From: a virus
Length of the DNA stretch: 64,000 nt
IMG/VR virus record: IMGVR_UViG_3300032297_000199
Coordinates: 18,345-82,344 of that record
Reading direction: 5' to 3' (one strand)
The translations under genes and the position numbers were made by a program. The notes under the pieces were generated by a model, which did not search any database, was not told the DNA's origin, and saw only the letters and a list, made by a program, of their open reading frames with translations. Shown here in pieces: positions 60,501-64,000 of the stretch. Within the stretch, counting starts at the first letter, position 1, and every line of letters starts with the position of its first letter.

Positions 60501-63500
60501 GATATCGAGGACCACTAGTATCGTTAATTGCAATTTTTTGTGCTAACTGACTTAGATAATTAGTTGCACTAACTGTTACATTTAATTCAGATAAAATATC
60601 TCCGGTATATCCGTCTTGATTCCAGTATTGTAATCCAGCAAAAGTACTTTGACTCTTAGAAGCTGTCGGAAATGCTAAATCTAGTGCCATTGCTTCAACA
60701 ACAAGACCTGTATCACGAGCACATTTAACTGGATCGTAACTAAATCCTTTTGCTTCTTCTACATAAGCAAGTGTTTCTGCTTGCAGATATGCTTTGTTAG
60801 CCATTAATATATTGTAAGCATTTTGAGCATCAACTGAAGTTGCAGTTGTTCCGTTTGCAACAATAATATCACTTACTCCGGCTGTTCCGTTCGTCAAGAT
60901 ATTTGTAATAACTTTAAAATCTGCTCTCAACGCCAATGATTGTGTGGTAGTTGCAGAAGTTAAGTTTGTGATTTGACTCACTGTATTCTGAAATCTTACG
61001 ACCGTTGAAGTGTTGTTTAATACAACTTGTTGCGCCAATGAGCTTAGGTACTTAATTGCATTAGTAGTAGTAGTTAACTGGTTAGCAATGTCTCCTGTGT
61101 AGCCTGCTTGATTCCAGTATTGTAACCCGGAAAAATTACTTTGCGTATATCCGTTACCTTGAAATAGTAGGTCAGTGATAAACGAATCTACAATGATTCC
61201 GGTATCTCTGAAGCATTTGTCTTCGTTATAACTGCTCAAAGTAGACTGGACAACACTAGTTTGTTGAGGAATAATAATTTGCCCTGTTACAATATCACCT
61301 ACAATGTCTTTGATAAATTCATAGGCCGCAGTAGTTTGTGGGATTTCATTAGGAATAGCTGTACTATATTGATCAAAGCCGTAGTAGTACACGCCACTTT
61401 GAATAGCTTGTCTATTACCGCCATACAATAAATCATAACTTACACTATCTACCATGTAGCCAACATCTCTGTAGCACTTATTCTGGTCGTATTCAAATCC
61501 AGTAAATGTAGAATTAATGTATGCAATTACTTCGGCAGCAATAAAATCTCGGTTAGCTAATAATAAATCAAACGCTTTATCTACATTAGGGTCTGCACTT
61601 TCTGTTAAGCTAATAGGAGTAGGAGCCGCAGCAACACTTGGACCATTATTAATAATATTTGTAATTGTAGTAATAAATCGTTGTGCCTTAACAACTTCAG
61701 AAATAGTTGCAGGTCGCATGTATGTAACTTGGTCTGCTGTATTTCCTGGACTCTTTGTAATCGGAGTGCTCTGTAAAATGCTTGTTATAATAGAACTAAT
61801 ATGATTATATGCCGCAGTAGTCTGTGGAATTTCTCCAACAATTGCTGTTGAAGTTGAATTATACCCATAGTAGTATACACCACTTTGAATAGCTTGTCTA
61901 TTACCACCGTGTAACAAGTCAAACGCTACACTATCAATCATATATCGCATATCTCGGCGGCATTTTTCTTGATCATAATCGAACAATGCTGGACGAGTAG
62001 CTTCAATAGACGCAATAACTTCTTCAACCATGAAAGTTTTATTAGCTATCAATAAATTGTATGCCTTGCCAATATTTTCATCGTATGTTTTTTGTCCGTT
62101 AGGAATAATAATATCAGTTATTCCTTCAGTTCCGTTTTGTAATATATCTATGATGTATCCAAAACCAGTTCCTGCTTTGGCAGATTCAGTTGCAGTTGCG
62201 GGTTCTAACTCTAATTCTTGTGCGACTGCGTACTGATAACGAGTTCCTGTTGAATTAACAATAACTTGTTGTGCTAATTGTCCTAGATAGATAATAGCAT
62301 TTGTAGTGGTAGTTAATTCGCTTTGAATTGTGCCAACATATCCGTTTTGATTCCAGTACTGTATACCTGCAAAAGTACTTTGACTATTATTTGTAGTTGG
62401 GTACTTTAGGTCAAATGCAATCGCATCAACAATTAATTTTGTATCTCGTAAGCACTTAGCTTGATCGTATTGAAAGTCAGCAATAGAATTAACATAGGCT
62501 ATTGTTTCTGCCTGAATAAATTCTTTGTTAGCTTGCAATGCTGTGTATGCATTATTAGTACTAGTAGAAGAACTTGCAGTTAGACTATTAGGAATAATCC
62601 TATCTGTTACTCCCTCGGTCCCGTTATCAATAATATCAACAATTAAATTAAATTCAGAAATAACTCTATTTGAATCTGCTTCAGATGCTGAGGGAGTATC
62701 TAAATTCTGTGTTACTGAAGTTTGATATGTATAACCAACACTTTGATTTTTAACAATCTTGGAAGAAATATCTCTTACAAATTTAATTGCATTGGTTGTG
62801 GTAGTTAACTGTCCGCCAATTCCGTCAACATATCCGCTTTGGTTCCAGTATTGAACGCCAGCAAAAGTACTTTGGCTCGAAGTATTGAATAATAAATCTT
62901 GTGCCAATGCATCAACAATTAATCCTGTATCTCGAGCACATTTAACCGGATCGTAACTAAACTTACTAGGCCATATTGAATCAACATAAGCAACTGTTTC
63001 TGCTTGAATAAAGTTTCTATTCTTTTCAAGTAATTTCTTTGCAGATTTAATTTCGTTACTAGGCTGAATATATTGTCTAGCTGGAATAATTTCAGGAGCA
63101 CTATCAGGACCTTTCCTAACGATATCTGCAATAATATTAAATTTTTCTTGTAAACTATCTATTGCTACTTCACCGCCTGGGAAAGTAGGATCAATAGTTT
63201 GAGAATATATTGATTGATAAGTTCCAGTAATTAAACTATTAGCAACAATTTGTGTAGCTAAGTCTCTGGCATATAAAATTGCCAAACTAGTAGTTGTTTC
63301 TTCACCGGGAATTAAAGTAGTTTTTGTAGTCGTAGTTGAACTTAAACTTTCGTCAACTACACTAGAAAGCACTGTGTAATATGCATTTCCGCTAAAGAAT
63401 AAATTTAAGAAATTTGGATTTGTAGGATCGCTAACGCCATTTAAAATAGGTCTGCTTAAATGTACTGTTTGATATGTAACATCAACTACTTCTGTATCGT

Positions 63501-64000
63501 TATTTAGATACTTAAGACCGGGTGCAGGGCCTTCTTCTCCGTAAATATCACGAATGTTTAATGTATGACCAATTGCAATATTGCTTACATCAATGCCGCT
63601 AATAGTATAGCTACCTGTAGTAAGTGTTCCGGTATTAGAAGTAGCAGCTAGGTAACCAGGATACCCTTGTTCGTTAACAAAAGGAACACGCTTACCTTCG
63701 TAGTCAAGATAAGTGTCCGGCGGAACTACTTCCATAACTAATCCAATGTGAGGACGATTTGCAGTATCAGGTACAAATACTTCCATTCTTTGGTCTTGTG
63801 GCCAGTATCCTATTGGATAAAATTCACTATTTGGAATATTTGAAGGGTATGGAGGGTTATGAATAATACCAGAGAATTCATTAACTCCAATACCTTTAGC
63901 AACTAAACACAAATCACCGAAGTTAGCGTTGGAGTTGGTAATAGAAGCAATGCCGCCGTTCTCTACAATAACAGCTTCTGAACAGAAAATTGTAAACACA
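57595..64000 (-). CDS. Giant appendage protein (>2134 aa, 5' partial): beta-helix scaffold with 11 phycobiliprotein-like helical repeats
   Basis: Frame is open to the window edge; 11 KCxRD motifs; C-terminus KVFFTSTDQNGDFRIG resembles a segment of the 956-aa gene. Confidence 0.85.
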   Translation of the reverse strand, partial: VFTIFCSEAVIVENGGIASITNSNANFGDLCLVAKGIGVNEFSGIIHNPPYPSNIPNSEFYPIGYWPQDQRMEVFVPDTANRPHIGLVMEVVPPDTYLDYEGKRVPFVNEQGYPGYLAATSNTGTLTTGSYTISGIDVSNIAIGHTLNIRDIYGEEGPAPGLKYLNNDTEVVDVTYQTVHLSRPILNGVSDPTNPNFLNLFFSGNAYYTVLSSVVDESLSSTTTTKTTLIPGEETTTSLAILYARDLATQIVANSLITGTYQSIYSQTIDPTFPGGEVAIDSLQEKFNIIADIVRKGPDSAPEIIPARQYIQPSNEIKSAKKLLEKNRNFIQAETVAYVDSIWPSKFSYDPVKCARDTGLIVDALAQDLLFNTSSQSTFAGVQYWNQSGYVDGIGGQLTTTTNAIKFVRDISSKIVKNQSVGYTYQTSVTQNLDTPSASEADSNRVISEFNLIVDIIDNGTEGVTDRIIPNSLTASSSTSTNNAYTALQANKEFIQAETIAYVNSIADFQYDQAKCLRDTKLIVDAIAFDLKYPTTNNSQSTFAGIQYWNQNGYVGTIQSELTTTTNAIIYLGQLAQQVIVNSTGTRYQYAVAQELELEPATATESAKAGTGFGYIIDILQNGTEGITDIIIPNGQKTYDENIGKAYNLLIANKTFMVEEVIASIEATRPALFDYDQEKCRRDMRYMIDSVAFDLLHGGNRQAIQSGVYYYGYNSTSTAIVGEIPQTTAAYNHISSIITSILQSTPITKSPGNTADQVTYMRPATISEVVKAQRFITTITNIINNGPSVAAAPTPISLTESADPNVDKAFDLLLANRDFIAAEVIAYINSTFTGFEYDQNKCYRDVGYMVDSVSYDLLYGGNRQAIQSGVYYYGFDQYSTAIPNEIPQTTAAYEFIKDIVGDIVTGQIIIPQQTSVVQSTLSSYNEDKCFRDTGIIVDSFITDLLFQGNGYTQSNFSGLQYWNQAGYTGDIANQLTTTTNAIKYLSSLAQQVVLNNTSTVVRFQNTVSQITNLTSATTTQSLALRADFKVITNILTNGTAGVSDIIVANGTTATSVDAQNAYNILMANKAYLQAETLAYVEEAKGFSYDPVKCARDTGLVVEAMALDLAFPTASKSQSTFAGLQYWNQDGYTGDILSELNVTVSATNYLSQLAQKIAINDTSGPRYQSTATQTVFTTTATVFETASISADFTIITDILLNGTAGVSDLIVTEGTTASSTSTVQTAYDLLVANREYIQAEVVAYVESIKPIGFDYDQAKCLRDAGYMLDSVAFDLLYGGNRQAITSGVYYYSFNSNSSAIPTEVPQTTDAFNYIKTIAQKIITNTLITNPAQTSVTQVINDASSTPAEVDFVADEINLINSIINDGPQTITSVEPISLTKTTDEGRLNATQLLLSNKEFIKAEVVAYINNKYVFEFDRDKCYRDVGYIIDSVAFDILYGGNRQAIQSGVYYYGFSDTASAIPGERDQTIAAYNRLKDILSDIVTNQTVVVSPNNTIAQVKNLATATVSESNLLGNMVDLITGIIYNGPTASQPQLPVGQARSTSTNVSRAASILAANREFIQEEIVNYVNYTYLAGTDTEVENVRNNIDIITNIISNGPTVAPEPSSIGLVPSATLSTLNGAKLLNANRSFIVAETIAYINNTFNTGFLYDKTKCKRDTGLILDSIAMDILYDSNTQSAFAGLQYWNQSGYTGDISNEITTTTNAFSYMKEIVEKIVLNETVSVSTGNVTTQVVNLTTGTQEAATLLNSNMSVIINILENGTGGVSDIIVPNGLITTDTGLLDSFDILVANKTFIEDEVVARISLDNDGWAFDDVKCKRDIGYVIDCIGFDLTHGGNRQSVHAGVYYYGFDGESTAIENEIPQTTAAYEFIRQIIGNIIQGTPVNKTYQRKQRQVVNLPIASSSETTLAYAGVDLITNIINNGPSVAPTPEPIDGTSTPSTNKINAYNMIMANKEFVKAEVIAYIDQTFTGEYNYDKNKCYRDTGAIIDAVIFDIVYGGNYRSVNTGNGYFSRKGQYHIVKLEQNVTNPTLFIDGCSVNFYQQSYISASGYLFEYVGAGTQYGALPQVGTADPDQGKETVQLNNGKVFFTSTDQNGDFRIGPTLVISQSTGVLAGRTFEKSLYATMTPFILVVGS
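57970..63300 (-). repeat. Tandem ~163-aa (about 489 bp) protein repeats
   Basis: KCxRD codons near 62938, 62452, 61961, 61474, 61213, 60721, 60223, 59740, 59038, 58552 and 58063. Confidence 0.9.

Noticed and set aside
57970-63300. Possible CRISPR array or DGR template/variable repeats
   Set aside because: The repeats are in-frame protein repeats with synonymous divergence. There is no spacer structure, no adenine-specific mismatch pattern and no reverse transcriptase in the window.
1-64000. Stop-codon reassignment, tRNAs, introns
   Set aside because: Core genes are full length and densely packed under code 11. No cloverleaf or interrupted core gene was seen by eye.

Overview
A 64-kb segment of a large, AT-rich lytic myovirus distantly related to T4, read with the standard bacterial code. 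No tRNA, rRNA, CRISPR array or integrase is visible. From left to right it holds: (1) an accessory region (1-5.6 kb) with the end of a fibre-like gene, a SAM methyltransferase, two GT9-like glycosyltransferase paralogs, a HAD nucleotidase, a small cassette with its own promoter and terminator, a Pol-beta-type nucleotidyltransferase, a cupin-like protein and YqgE/AlgH; (2) a replication/recombination module with gp41 helicase, gp61 primase, a 192-aa miniature DnaE-like polymerase core, a gp62-like protein, UvsW, UvsY, UvsX and gp32; (3) packaging and morphogenesis genes: terminase, putative internal head proteins, gp4-like nuclease, tube, a 1118-aa sheath and gp13/14/15-like neck proteins; (4) about 28 kb of giant fibre/appendage genes. 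Highlights: a giant appendage protein with 11 tandem ~163-aa units resembling phycobiliprotein (globin-fold) subunits, each keeping the bilin-site motif K-C-x-R-D; an ECF-type promoter cassette with a secreted peptide and a DUF3619-like anti-sigma fragment; the mini-DnaE; an unannotated 10-Cys metallothionein-like ORF in the neck operon; and many TAAATA or sigma70 promoters 5-7 nt from the ATG, suggesting leaderless mRNAs. All family calls come from motif recognition by eye; no searches were run.
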